Position numbers and translations under genes: made by a program
The notes under the pieces: model-generated
The model's database searches: none
What the model saw: only the letters and a program-made list of their open reading frames with translations
What the model was told of the DNA's origin: nothing
Shown: positions 47,203 through 57,005 of the stretch, one piece after another
How the letters are laid out: each line of letters starts with the position of its first letter
Position numbering within the stretch: the first letter of the stretch is position 1
Origin: Eubacteriales bacterium
Lineage (GTDB): Bacteria > Bacillota > Clostridia > Oscillospirales > CAG-272
Reading direction: 5' to 3'
Assembly (NCBI GenBank): GCA_045655565.1
Contig: JAZOPN010000056.1
Location: forward strand, 1 to 58,929
Length of the DNA: 58,929 nt

Positions 47203-47513
47203 CAGCCCTTATCTCCTGTCATTTCGAGTATATCGAGTATGCTCATCATAGTGTCGACGGCACGCGCCCTCTCGGGTGATAGATAGGCCTTCATTGCGCC
47301 GAGCAGCTTTGCTCTTTGCTCGTGTCGTCTGCCAACCCTTGGTACTTTTATTTCTATGCTTGCAGGCTCTGTCTTTTCTGTATCCTCTTGGCTTTTTGGC
47401 GTTTCTGCATCTTGCGGCATCTCGCCCTTTGCCATCTCGGATATCTCCTCGACGAGCCTTGGGTTGCTCATTATCATACTTATCACGCGGCTAAGGTCAG
47501 GAGTATCGGCCAT
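47202..47513 (-). CDS. Small hypothetical protein
   Basis: RAKLLGAMKAYLSPERARAVD C-terminal motif; overlapping start/stop codons. Confidence 0.7.
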   Translation of the reverse strand: MADTPDLSRVISMIMSNPRLVEEISEMAKGEMPQDAETPKSQEDTEKTEPASIEIKVPRVGRRHEQRAKLLGAMKAYLSPERARAVDTMMSILDILEMTGDKG

Positions 47514-47737
47514 CACTTATTCCTCCGTCTATATTCGTTAACCAGCCGCATCGCGTCACTGAGGCTTATACCTCCGCCACCGGATACGGCCTCTCGCATT
47601 TTTTCTATTTCGCTATGTGGCGGAGTTTGCTCGGGTAGGTTCAGACCGTGTTTTGCGGCGATCCCCCTGACCTCGCGCCATAACTCCTCATCACTTAGGG
47701 CGCATAATGCCCTAAGCCCCTCAAGATTGATTTTCAA
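47513..47737 (-). CDS. Small hypothetical protein
   Basis: TTG start after AAGGAG, 74 aa. Confidence 0.6.
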   Translation of the reverse strand: MKINLEGLRALCALSDEELWREVRGIAAKHGLNLPEQTPPHSEIEKMREAVSGGGGISLSDAMRLVNEYRRRNK

Positions 47738-47799
47738 TTTACTTATCTCCTTTCACATTTTTTACCATTTTATGCAGAAAGGAAAGAAAGGTTAATTAT

Positions 47800-49860
47800 A
47801 TGAATATGCCCCCTCCCCGTCACTTTAAGCCACCGACAGATGGCTTAGAAAAGCCTAAGAGGCTTAAAGATATTCCGCGCTATTGGCTACGCCGCGCGTC
47901 GGGATTTTTCTCAAGGCTTTGGTATATAGTAGGACTTGTTTGGCAGTCTGCGCCACTTATGCTGTTTGTGATGGCATTCCTATGCCTGGCGGATGGCGTT
48001 TTGCCTGTTGTTGGTGCTTACATATCTCGCGACCTGTTGAATGGGATATCAGAGCTTATCATAGGGCGTGCGAATGGCACACTGTCTAATGATATCTGGC
48101 AGGCTCTCTCTCCGCTTATCTTTGTGTTTGTTATGAACTTGGTTTACCTCTTCTTCAAGAAGGCACTCGGTAAAATCAATACTATGGTAACAGGCATATC
48201 GGGTGAGCTTGTCGTCAACCATATCAAGATGATGATAATAAAGAAGTCAAGAGATATCGACCTGCGCTCCTTTGACCGACCAGAGTTTTATGAGAAACTG
48301 GAGAATGCAAATCGCGAGGCATCGATGCGCCCGATTAGCATACTAAACGCTACATTTAATGTCATCAGCGCGGTTATTAGTGCCGTTTCTTTCATAGTTG
48401 TGCTTGCAGGTCTCAGCCCCTTCGCACCGTTAATTATAATTGCCGCCGCTATCCCCGGTGCCGCTGTCAATTTTGTTTTCCGCAACCGTAACTTCCGCTA
48501 CATACGCTTCCATTCTCGTGAGCGTCGCGCGATGAACTACTATTCCGGTCTTATGGTAAACAAGGATAGGGCAAAGGAAATCAGAATTCTCGGTCTTGCA
48601 GACACCTTCATTGATAGATATAAAAGGGAGTTTAGCAAGTATTATAAGGGACTTAAGGGGCTTATCCTCAAGGAGGGCGGCTCACAGATTTTAGTCAGCC
48701 TTGTATCCACTGCTGTAAACTGCGTGCTATTCATATATATTGCTTATAATGTCATCTTTGAGGGCGGTCTTATAGGTGATTATTCGCTCTATTCCGGCGC
48801 GCTCACCTCTATCGGCAGCTATATGACAACGCTTCTTGCCGCCACAGCCACCATTTACGAGGGCACACTCTTCATAGACAATATGATTGACTTTATGAAT
48901 GAAGAGGTTAAGATCGTTCCCAGCATCACCGAGCCTCGCCTGCCTGAGCGTGGCACAGCACATACTATTGAGCTTCGCGGTGTGTCCTTTGCCTATCCCG
49001 GCACAGACCGCTTTGTTCTTAAGGACATTAACCTAACCCTTAACCCTGCAGAGTCGGTTGTACTCGTAGGACTTAATGGCGCGGGAAAAACCACTCTTAT
49101 CAAGCTTATAACAAGGCTCTATGACCCCACAGAGGGCGTCATCCTGCTTGACGGTCACGATATTCGCGAATATGACACAAAGGCGCTTTACGATATGTTT
49201 GGCATCATCTTCCAGGACTTCGGACAGTATGCCGAGACTGCAGGTGAGAATATACGCTTCGGTGATGTTAGCCGAGAGTATAACGCCATAGAGATTGAAC
49301 GCGCAGCCGAAGAGGGAAGCGCCGACGACTTCATCAAGAAACTACCCCGCGGTTACGATACCCCCCTTACGAGAATGTTTGAGGATGATGGTATAGAACT
49401 ATCCGGCGGACAGTGGCAGAAGCTCTCTGTATCCCGAGCGTTCTTCAAGAGGTCGGATATACTCATACTTGACGAGCCGACAGCCTCTCTTGATCCTGTG
49501 GCAGAGCAGGAGGTGTTCAACCAGTTTGAAGAACTCTCTCGCGATAGAATAAGCATCTTCGTATCCCACAGGCTATCAAGTGCTGTCAGTGCCTCGAAAA
49601 TAGTCGTTATCGACGGTGGCGCTATTGCCGAGGTAGGTAATCACGAGGAACTTATGCGTCTGCACGGTAAGTATTTTGCCCTCTTCTCAACGCAGGCAGA
49701 ACGCTATACAGGCATCGACTACAATGACCCGAATAGCGAGTATGCTCGCCGATTTATGGAAGAGCGTCACGATGCCCTCGGCACGTATAAGACTCGCCAC
49801 GACGGGAATCACGAGGAGCATCACCAAGAGCCCCGCGACGATAGCTTCTCCGGAGCATAA
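47800..49860 (+). CDS. ABC exporter, fused permease/ATP-binding protein
   Basis: N-terminal TM domain, GLNGAGKT, LSGGQWQK, LDEPTASLD, SHRLS. Confidence 0.93.
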   Translation: MNMPPPRHFKPPTDGLEKPKRLKDIPRYWLRRASGFFSRLWYIVGLVWQSAPLMLFVMAFLCLADGVLPVVGAYISRDLLNGISELIIGRANGTLSNDIWQALSPLIFVFVMNLVYLFFKKALGKINTMVTGISGELVVNHIKMMIIKKSRDIDLRSFDRPEFYEKLENANREASMRPISILNATFNVISAVISAVSFIVVLAGLSPFAPLIIIAAAIPGAAVNFVFRNRNFRYIRFHSRERRAMNYYSGLMVNKDRAKEIRILGLADTFIDRYKREFSKYYKGLKGLILKEGGSQILVSLVSTAVNCVLFIYIAYNVIFEGGLIGDYSLYSGALTSIGSYMTTLLAATATIYEGTLFIDNMIDFMNEEVKIVPSITEPRLPERGTAHTIELRGVSFAYPGTDRFVLKDINLTLNPAESVVLVGLNGAGKTTLIKLITRLYDPTEGVILLDGHDIREYDTKALYDMFGIIFQDFGQYAETAGENIRFGDVSREYNAIEIERAAEEGSADDFIKKLPRGYDTPLTRMFEDDGIELSGGQWQKLSVSRAFFKRSDILILDEPTASLDPVAEQEVFNQFEELSRDRISIFVSHRLSSAVSASKIVVIDGGAIAEVGNHEELMRLHGKYFALFSTQAERYTGIDYNDPNSEYARRFMEERHDALGTYKTRHDGNHEEHHQEPRDDSFSGA

Positions 49861-49883
49861 ACTGACCGTTACGGTTAAAACAG

Positions 49884-49920
49884 AAAAAATGCAGAATCCA
49901 GCTTGGATTCTGCATTTTTT
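49884..49920. terminator. Bidirectional intrinsic terminator
   Basis: aaaaaatgcagaatcca-gct-tggattctgcatttttt. Confidence 0.85.
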
Positions 49921-49944
49921 AATAATACTTTGTCGAAATGCGTC

Positions 49945-51864
49945 TTACGCCGCTACACTATCATTCACAGAATATGGTATTCCAATAGCGAGCTTGCGAA
50001 GCACCGATGCAATGCTCTCAAGCATTCCCTCGTCGAAGGGCGAGTGTAGCCCTGCCGCCTTAAGATGCTCGGTGAAGCTTCTGTCCTCGGTAGCACCTGC
50101 CACCAGGGTCTTATATACGCTAAGTCCTGCACCCTTCTCATTTTCCTCCAGCGAATATATCTCGATGGCAGGAATTATGGATGTCACATAGGACTGCACA
50201 TACATAGGCGAGACGAACATGTGCGGAACAAGTACATAATGAATACTGTTAAACTCAACCTTCTCATATGGCGTAACCTGCACGAGGGGAGAGCCTGTTA
50301 TTACTGTGGCTGCCTCGGAAACAAGCTCATTGAGTCTCTCGACTGAAATCTCGTCGTATGGTAGCGCATACGCCAAATGCTCGAACAATGAATATATGCT
50401 CTGGTAAATTATCGTGTTTAGCGCGTTGTAAACATAATAATAGCGCATATACTGGTAGCCAGTGCTAAGGGTGTCCTTCAGCATATTCAGCGTCATAAAT
50501 TCGAGAGCCTGGCTCGATACCTCGCAAAGTTCTAAGGAGTTATTGGCATTATAATTGATATACGCATCATAGAAGTGACCGAACTCGTGCGATACACTGC
50601 TAAAATCAGTTATATTTCCGTTAATTGTGGCAAACAAGAACGGTGAGGAATTGGAATCAAGATAGGCTGTAAACGCTCCCTCAAACCTTGTGCTTGACCG
50701 TCCTGAAATATCATACAGCCGATGCTGAAGCATATAGGAATATGCCTCAAGAAGCCCCTCGTCAGCATTGCTATATACACTGTATAGCGTGTTAATTAGC
50801 TTTGTCCTGCCGAGCGCATCGGGCTTATTCTTCTTATCAAGGAGGTAATCATGTAACACGTTAAGCAGTTCCTTATATATACCGAATACAGTGCCATTAA
50901 TATGACCAAAGAAGTTTGTCATGTCATCGATACTATACTCATAACCCATCTCGTCATACATAAACTCGGCATATGATGAGAGTCCTAGCTGGTCGGCAAT
51001 TTCCTTGCGCTTTTTGAGTAAATCAACATAGACATTCCCGGTCTTTTCTCTCGCGGTAGCATTGTAAACATAATCATACACCGTAGCGCGCTGAAGAAAC
51101 TCCCTGGAGTCATATTTCTTTGCGGCCGCCTCGATAAGCTCATCGTATGTGCCGCTCTCGCCATACATCTCTACATACAGCACAAGTGTTGCTGTCGAGA
51201 TATCGTTGTACTCTGCGACAAGCGCGGCTTCCTCTCCCATAAGACCAACCACGACATCGGTGTATATTCCACCATCTTTATACTCGTCTATATCATAGCC
51301 GAAATAGTCGTTTTCATACTTCTCGATGAAGCTTGAATTTGCCGCCGCGACGATCAGCTCCTCTACCGCCTGTGCCACGCTGGAGCGTGCAACAGAGAGA
51401 TCCTCATATTCCTTAGCCCACCTCTCGTCTGCGGAATTTTGATAACTGCCAATCTCTGCCATAGTCGACATAGTCTTGAACTCTGTGTACGACTCTTCTA
51501 GCGAGCGTATAAGCTCTATTGCGGAATTAACCTTATCCTCGGTGTCTGCCGTCTTAACAGCTTCCTTCGCAGCCGCAAAATCTGCGCGTAGCTCATCTAC
51601 ATCAGGCCTCTTGTAGGTTAACTTGTCGTAGTCCACAGTGCCGCGCTCATAGTCCTTGTATGTCGGAACAACTATCGTGCTTATCTCGGGGGATGGGCTT
51701 GTACCCTCGTTATCCTCCTCATCATCCTTTGTTGTGTCATCGTTATCACCATCACCGCCCGGATTTATAGGTGGTACATAATCCGTATCAAGACAGGATA
51801 CTAAGGTGAAAGCAGTAGACGCAAGTATAATGAGCATTAGAAATAATGCTATAATTCTTTTCAA
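49945..51864 (-). CDS. M3-family (oligoendopeptidase F-like) metallopeptidase lipoprotein
   Basis: Lipobox LVSC, HEFGH zinc motif, EVSSQALE third ligand, PMYVQSY. Confidence 0.75.
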   Translation of the reverse strand: MKRIIALFLMLIILASTAFTLVSCLDTDYVPPINPGGDGDNDDTTKDDEEDNEGTSPSPEISTIVVPTYKDYERGTVDYDKLTYKRPDVDELRADFAAAKEAVKTADTEDKVNSAIELIRSLEESYTEFKTMSTMAEIGSYQNSADERWAKEYEDLSVARSSVAQAVEELIVAAANSSFIEKYENDYFGYDIDEYKDGGIYTDVVVGLMGEEAALVAEYNDISTATLVLYVEMYGESGTYDELIEAAAKKYDSREFLQRATVYDYVYNATAREKTGNVYVDLLKKRKEIADQLGLSSYAEFMYDEMGYEYSIDDMTNFFGHINGTVFGIYKELLNVLHDYLLDKKNKPDALGRTKLINTLYSVYSNADEGLLEAYSYMLQHRLYDISGRSSTRFEGAFTAYLDSNSSPFLFATINGNITDFSSVSHEFGHFYDAYINYNANNSLELCEVSSQALEFMTLNMLKDTLSTGYQYMRYYYVYNALNTIIYQSIYSLFEHLAYALPYDEISVERLNELVSEAATVITGSPLVQVTPYEKVEFNSIHYVLVPHMFVSPMYVQSYVTSIIPAIEIYSLEENEKGAGLSVYKTLVAGATEDRSFTEHLKAAGLHSPFDEGMLESIASVLRKLAIGIPYSVNDSVAA

Positions 51865-52014
51865 TACAACCTCCGATGGGTTTATAAATATATTCTACAA
51901 CTCTATTTTACAACGGACGCACTAAATCATCAAGGAATAATAAATTAAAAAAATATAAATAATATGTGAATAAGGTAAAGGCGCGTGACCGTAGCCCGCG
52001 CCTTTACAATTCGG

Positions 52015-52971
52015 TTACATTTGTATACCAAGACCTGCCGCACCTATGATACCGGCATCATTTCCGAGCGTAGCCTTTAGTATTTTTGTCTTTACCGCAT
52101 TGCGCTTAGTGTATTGCTCCTTGTCTACCAGTTCTCTAAGTGGCTTTATAAGATAATCGCCCTCGCCGGAAATACCGCCACCGATTAGCAGTATTTCGGG
52201 TTGGAATATGTTGATCATATTCGTGACACCAATAGCAAGATAGGAGATGTATTCGTCGACAACCCTCTGTGCCTCGACATCACCCTCGCGGCAGAGCGAG
52301 AACGCGGTCCTGCCGGAAACGCTGTCAACCTCCAACATACGAGAGGGAATACCCTTGATCTTGAGTTCGTTAATTCTCTCTTTTGTGAGATTTACAAGGC
52401 CGGTAGCCGACGAATAGGTTTCCCAGCATCCACGCCTGCCACAGCCGCATAGTCTACCGCCCGCCACAATAACGGTATGTCCAAGCTCTGCCCCGGAGAA
52501 GTTTAGACCACCGGAAAAGATTTTGCCATCGAGTATAACTCCGCCACCTACACCGGTGCCGAGTGTAATCATAATCGACGAGCGTGTACCACGCGCCGCG
52601 CCGACAAGCGATTCGCCTAGTGCCGCTGCATTCGCATCATTTGCGACGAGCACCTGCCGTACGGGTAGAAGTTCCTTGAACTTAGCCGATAAGGGATATT
52701 CAATAAACGGTAGATTCGGCGCGTATTCTACTATGCCGGCCTCGGGGTTTACAGTACCGGGTGCTGTCACACCGATATACTCAATATCAGCGAGTGCAAG
52801 ACTGTTTTTTTCTACTAGCTCGCGGCAGATATCCACCATCTGTCTGACAATACCATCGGCATCAGCACCTCTGTCTGTCGGACGAGAAATTTTGTCAACC
52901 ATATTTAGCCCCTCGTCGCACAGTCCAACCGCTATGTTAGTGCCACCGAGGTCAATCCCTAAAGTATACAT
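52015..52971 (-). CDS. ROK family sugar kinase (glucokinase-like)
   Basis: GIDLGGT, NDANAAALGE, GTGVGGG, ELGH, CGCGRRGCWE. Confidence 0.93.
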   Translation of the reverse strand: MYTLGIDLGGTNIAVGLCDEGLNMVDKISRPTDRGADADGIVRQMVDICRELVEKNSLALADIEYIGVTAPGTVNPEAGIVEYAPNLPFIEYPLSAKFKELLPVRQVLVANDANAAALGESLVGAARGTRSSIMITLGTGVGGGVILDGKIFSGGLNFSGAELGHTVIVAGGRLCGCGRRGCWETYSSATGLVNLTKERINELKIKGIPSRMLEVDSVSGRTAFSLCREGDVEAQRVVDEYISYLAIGVTNMINIFQPEILLIGGGISGEGDYLIKPLRELVDKEQYTKRNAVKTKILKATLGNDAGIIGAAGLGIQM

Positions 52972-53291
52972 CAATACCTCCAAAATAAAGAAACGCTATT
53001 CTCTCATCGTATTGCGGAGGGAAGATTTTCCCTCGCTATTTGATTATAGAATAATTGCTCACTGTTTGTCAAGGGGAAAAGACGTATCTAGCACAAAATA
53101 ATAGTTTAGTCGCCAAGAGCGCAATTATGCGCACACGCACGTTCACAAAAAATTAACAATATGCCATCTGCAAAGTTGTCGACCCCTATTGCAAAATTCA
53201 CTAAAATGGTATACAATAATCTGGGAAATAAAATGTGGGGGGGAAAATGGCGAGAAATAGCCGTCAACCCCGACTAAAAAGGAAGATAAAA

Positions 53292-54470
53292 ATGGCAAGA
53301 TTTGTTTATGCTGATAATGCCGCTACAACCCCCGTATCACGCGAGGTTATTGAGGCTATGACACCGGCATTCGAGACCGCTTGGGGCAACCCGTCAAGCC
53401 AGCATCAGAAGGGTTATGAAGCAAAAGAGTTGCTCGATGATGCTAGGGATAGGATTGCTGCTGCACTCGGATGTACGGCTAAGGAGTTATATTTCACATC
53501 CTGTGGCACAGAGTCTGATAACTGGGCTATCAAGGGTGCGGCTTACAAAATGAAGAAAAAGGGTAGAACACATATTGTTACTACCAAGATTGAGCACCAC
53601 GCGGTGCTGAATACCTGCGCCGCGCTTGAGCGTGACGGCTTCACCGTTACCTATGTTGGTGTTGATACGGATGGAATAGTCGACCTAGAGGAGCTTCGTT
53701 CTGCGGTTACCGAGAATACCGGGCTTGTTGCGGTTATGTATGCCAACAATGAGATTGGTACTATTCAGCCCATACCCGAGATTGCCGAGATTGCTCACGC
53801 TAAGGGAGCATTGATGTTTACCGACGCTGTGCAGGCGGTTGGTGCTGTTGATATTAACCTTGCCGAGCTTAAGGTTGATATGCTTGCGCTCTCGGGTCAT
53901 AAGCTTCACGCACCTAAGGGTATTGGAATGCTGTTTATTCGTCGTGGCGTGTTTATCAACAACCTTGTTGACGGTGGCGGACAGGAGAGCCGTAAGAGAG
54001 GTGGAACAGAGAATATCCCCTACATTCTCGGCCTTGCTCGTGCGATAGAGGTTGCTAAGGCTAAACTTCCCGAACTCGACCGCGTCCGTGCTATGCGTGA
54101 TAGGCTCATAGCCGAGCTTACCAAGATACCCTACTCTAAGCTTAACGGTCATCCGACCAAAAGACTGCCCGGCAATGTAAATATCGGCTTTGAGTGTATA
54201 GAGGGAGAGAGCATTCTTATGTGGCTTGATATGGCCGGTATCTGTGCATCGACAGGCTCTGCTTGCTCATCTGCATCTCTTGACCCATCGCATGTACTTC
54301 TGGCAATTGGCGTACCCCACGAGAAAGCACACGGTTCGGTTAGATTGTCGATATCTCACGATACGACCGATGAGGATATAGATTATATCATTAAGACACT
54401 GCCCCCCATCGTTGATAGGCTTCGTAAGATGAGCCCTCTTTGGGAAGAAATAGAAAAAGCGAACAAGTAA
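53292..54470 (+). CDS. nifS: Cysteine desulfurase (NifS/IscS)
   Basis: DNAATT, GNPSS, SGHKLHAPKG, STGSACSS. Confidence 0.95.
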   Translation: MARFVYADNAATTPVSREVIEAMTPAFETAWGNPSSQHQKGYEAKELLDDARDRIAAALGCTAKELYFTSCGTESDNWAIKGAAYKMKKKGRTHIVTTKIEHHAVLNTCAALERDGFTVTYVGVDTDGIVDLEELRSAVTENTGLVAVMYANNEIGTIQPIPEIAEIAHAKGALMFTDAVQAVGAVDINLAELKVDMLALSGHKLHAPKGIGMLFIRRGVFINNLVDGGGQESRKRGGTENIPYILGLARAIEVAKAKLPELDRVRAMRDRLIAELTKIPYSKLNGHPTKRLPGNVNIGFECIEGESILMWLDMAGICASTGSACSSASLDPSHVLLAIGVPHEKAHGSVRLSISHDTTDEDIDYIIKTLPPIVDRLRKMSPLWEEIEKANK

Positions 54471-54485
54471 GGAAGGAATAAAGAT

Positions 54486-54911
54486 ATGCAGTATAGTGAA
54501 AAGGTAATGGACCATTTCACCAATCCCAGAAATGTTGGTGAGATTGAGGATGCCGACGGAGTCGGAGTGGTAGGTAATGCTAAGTGCGGCGATATAATGA
54601 AGATTTATCTCAAGATAAGCGATGACGGTGTTATCACCGATTGCAAGTTTAAGACCTTTGGTTGCGGTGCAGCGATAGCAACCTCGTCTATGGCGACCGA
54701 GCTTATCAAGGGACATACAATCGAGGAGGCTCTAACTCTTACCAACAGCGTGGTTGTAGAGGCCCTTGAGGGGCTTCCCCCCGTAAAGGTGCATTGTTCC
54801 GTCCTCGCAGAAGAGGCGGTAAAGAATGCAATAGCTGATTACTACACCAAAATCGGCAAGCCGATAGACTTTGAGGTTGACTCCCTCAACCACGAGGAGG
54901 ATGACGACTAA
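54486..54911 (+). CDS. nifU: Fe-S scaffold NifU/IscU
   Basis: YSEKVMDHF, CGD, FGCG, PVKVHCS. Confidence 0.95.
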   Translation: MQYSEKVMDHFTNPRNVGEIEDADGVGVVGNAKCGDIMKIYLKISDDGVITDCKFKTFGCGAAIATSSMATELIKGHTIEEALTLTNSVVVEALEGLPPVKVHCSVLAEEAVKNAIADYYTKIGKPIDFEVDSLNHEEDDD

Positions 54912-55144
54912 ATCGGTGAATTTTGCTACTAAATCGGTGAATTTTGCATCTAACGCACGAATGTCACCAAACTAGGCGTAGGTAACTACGCCGTCGGGTT
55001 CCATTCCTGTGTTATATGCTAAAATTCCCACAGTTTAAGGTGTTGCTTTGCATCTGGTGCACGAATGTCACCAAACTAGGCGTAGGCAACTACGCCGTCG
55101 GGTTCCATTCCTGTGTTATATGCAGTAGTTCCCACAATTTTAGG
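54907..55144. repeat. Nested tandem repeats: 20-bp x2, then two ~98-bp copies 104 bp apart
   Basis: actaaatcggtgaattttgc at 54907 and 54928; long units at 54943 and 55047, each with hairpin ggcgtag-g(t/c)aa-ctacgcc. Confidence 0.9.
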
Positions 55145-55263
55145 ATTAATTTCGCGACTAAATAACGATTATAGGGCTGTGCTTTTGGCACAGCCTTTTC
55201 GGAAAAAAGAGGTACGATTTGTAACAAAAGAAGGGAGAATCCCGGGGGGGTGTCGAGAAAACT

Positions 55264-56301
55264 ATGAAAATACTACTTGGTATGAGCGGCGGATTAGACA
55301 GTACATATGCCGCTAAAAAGCTTAAAGATATGGGTCACGAGGTCGAGGGCGCAATTCTCGTGATGCACGAGCACACAGATGTGGATTCTGCAAAGAGTGC
55401 TGCCACAACCTTAGGCATTCCCCTTCATATAATTGACTGCAAAGAACTTTTCAAAGAAAAAGTAAAAATACCATTTGCAAAAGATTATGCTTGCGGTAGG
55501 ACGCCCAACCCGTGTATTATCTGTAACCCCGAGGTAAAATTCTTTGCTTTGACCGAATATGCCAGACTTCACGGTTTCGACAGAATAGCAACAGGGCATT
55601 ATGCCAAAATTGTTGAATATTGTACCGAGGAAGGGACTCGTATGTTGATAGCGCGCCCGAAGGACAAGGCTAAGGATCAGACATATATGTTATATAGACT
55701 TCCGCAAAATATCCTTAATATATTATTGCTACCTCTCTCTGATGAAGTTAAATCGACCATAAGAGATACAATAAGGGGATCGGATATATCGGAGTTTGAT
55801 CGTCCTGATAGTCAGGAAATATGCTTTTTACCGGACCAAGACTATGCACCTTATGTTGAAAGCGTAATGGGAGAGGCGAAAATAGGCAATTTCATTAATA
55901 ATAATGGGGAAATTCTTGGAGAGCATAAGGGAATAATCCATTACACTATCGGACAGCGCAAGGGACTAGGCATAGCGCTCGGACAAAGAGCATTTGTCAC
56001 AGAAATTAATTCAATAGATAATACTGTGACGCTTGATACTTCGCCAAAATATACCAAAATCATAAAACTTACAGATGTAGTATATAACATACCTATGGTA
56101 GCAAACGCTTCAACTGCCAGATATGATGTAAAGGTAAGATATTTGTCATCTCCTACAAGTGCGAGCGTCACAATTTATTTGAATGGCACAGCAGATGTGA
56201 TACTAGATGGTAGTGTCAAGTCGGTAACGCCGGGACAATCCTGCGTATTTTACGATGGCGATGTGGTTGTCGGTGGCGGTATAATCCAATCATGTGAATA
56301 A
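55264..56301 (+). CDS. mnmA: tRNA 2-thiouridine synthase
   Basis: MSGGLDS, TPNPCIICN, ATGHY, KDQTYML, DSQEICF, YTIGQRKG, TPGQ. Confidence 0.96.
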   Translation: MKILLGMSGGLDSTYAAKKLKDMGHEVEGAILVMHEHTDVDSAKSAATTLGIPLHIIDCKELFKEKVKIPFAKDYACGRTPNPCIICNPEVKFFALTEYARLHGFDRIATGHYAKIVEYCTEEGTRMLIARPKDKAKDQTYMLYRLPQNILNILLLPLSDEVKSTIRDTIRGSDISEFDRPDSQEICFLPDQDYAPYVESVMGEAKIGNFINNNGEILGEHKGIIHYTIGQRKGLGIALGQRAFVTEINSIDNTVTLDTSPKYTKIIKLTDVVYNIPMVANASTARYDVKVRYLSSPTSASVTIYLNGTADVILDGSVKSVTPGQSCVFYDGDVVVGGGIIQSCE

Positions 56302-57005
56302 GGCAAAATATATGAAAATTAATAAAGCCGATGGAAACCAAGCTAAAATGTAACTAATTTGTAAATAATTATTTTTTGATTTATGCGCGAGCGAGTAGAA
56401 GAACTCTCTCGCGCCTCTTTATTTCTTGCAATAGTGCCTGTAAAATCACAATTATATATAAATAAAACTTGTAAAATTACATGTAAAATAGTGAAAATAG
56501 CAATAATTTATACGCTTTTGTGAGATCAGATTTGTATGGTAGGATGTAGAAAAAGCGCGAGAAAATTTGTGCATAACTGACAAAAAACAGCCGGTTATTC
56601 ATAAAAACGCAAAAAAATGCAAAATCCCCAAAATGGTAAACAGTATTTACTTTATTTTTTTGAACGGTCAAAAAATAGTAATATTGCCGAAAAAATAAAG
56701 TAAACAAAATTTACTTTTCGTCATAATTGACATAATTCAAGAGCTAATACTGCAAACAATTATTTACAATCTTAATTTTCAATCGAAAAAAAGTCTACAA
56801 ATTTACATTTTTACACCTGCGCTCACAAATATTTATTATCTTGACTTTTATTGGCACCTATGATAAAATTATTGCGTACAATATGTTTCCATACACTTGC
56901 GATGCCATCGCCTTGATGCCTCACCACGAGCACAGGTATCACGGCGATGCTATCGCAAACTTGCGAAACCTTGTTAGTGCAAAATTATTTTGGAGGAATT
57001 CAGAA

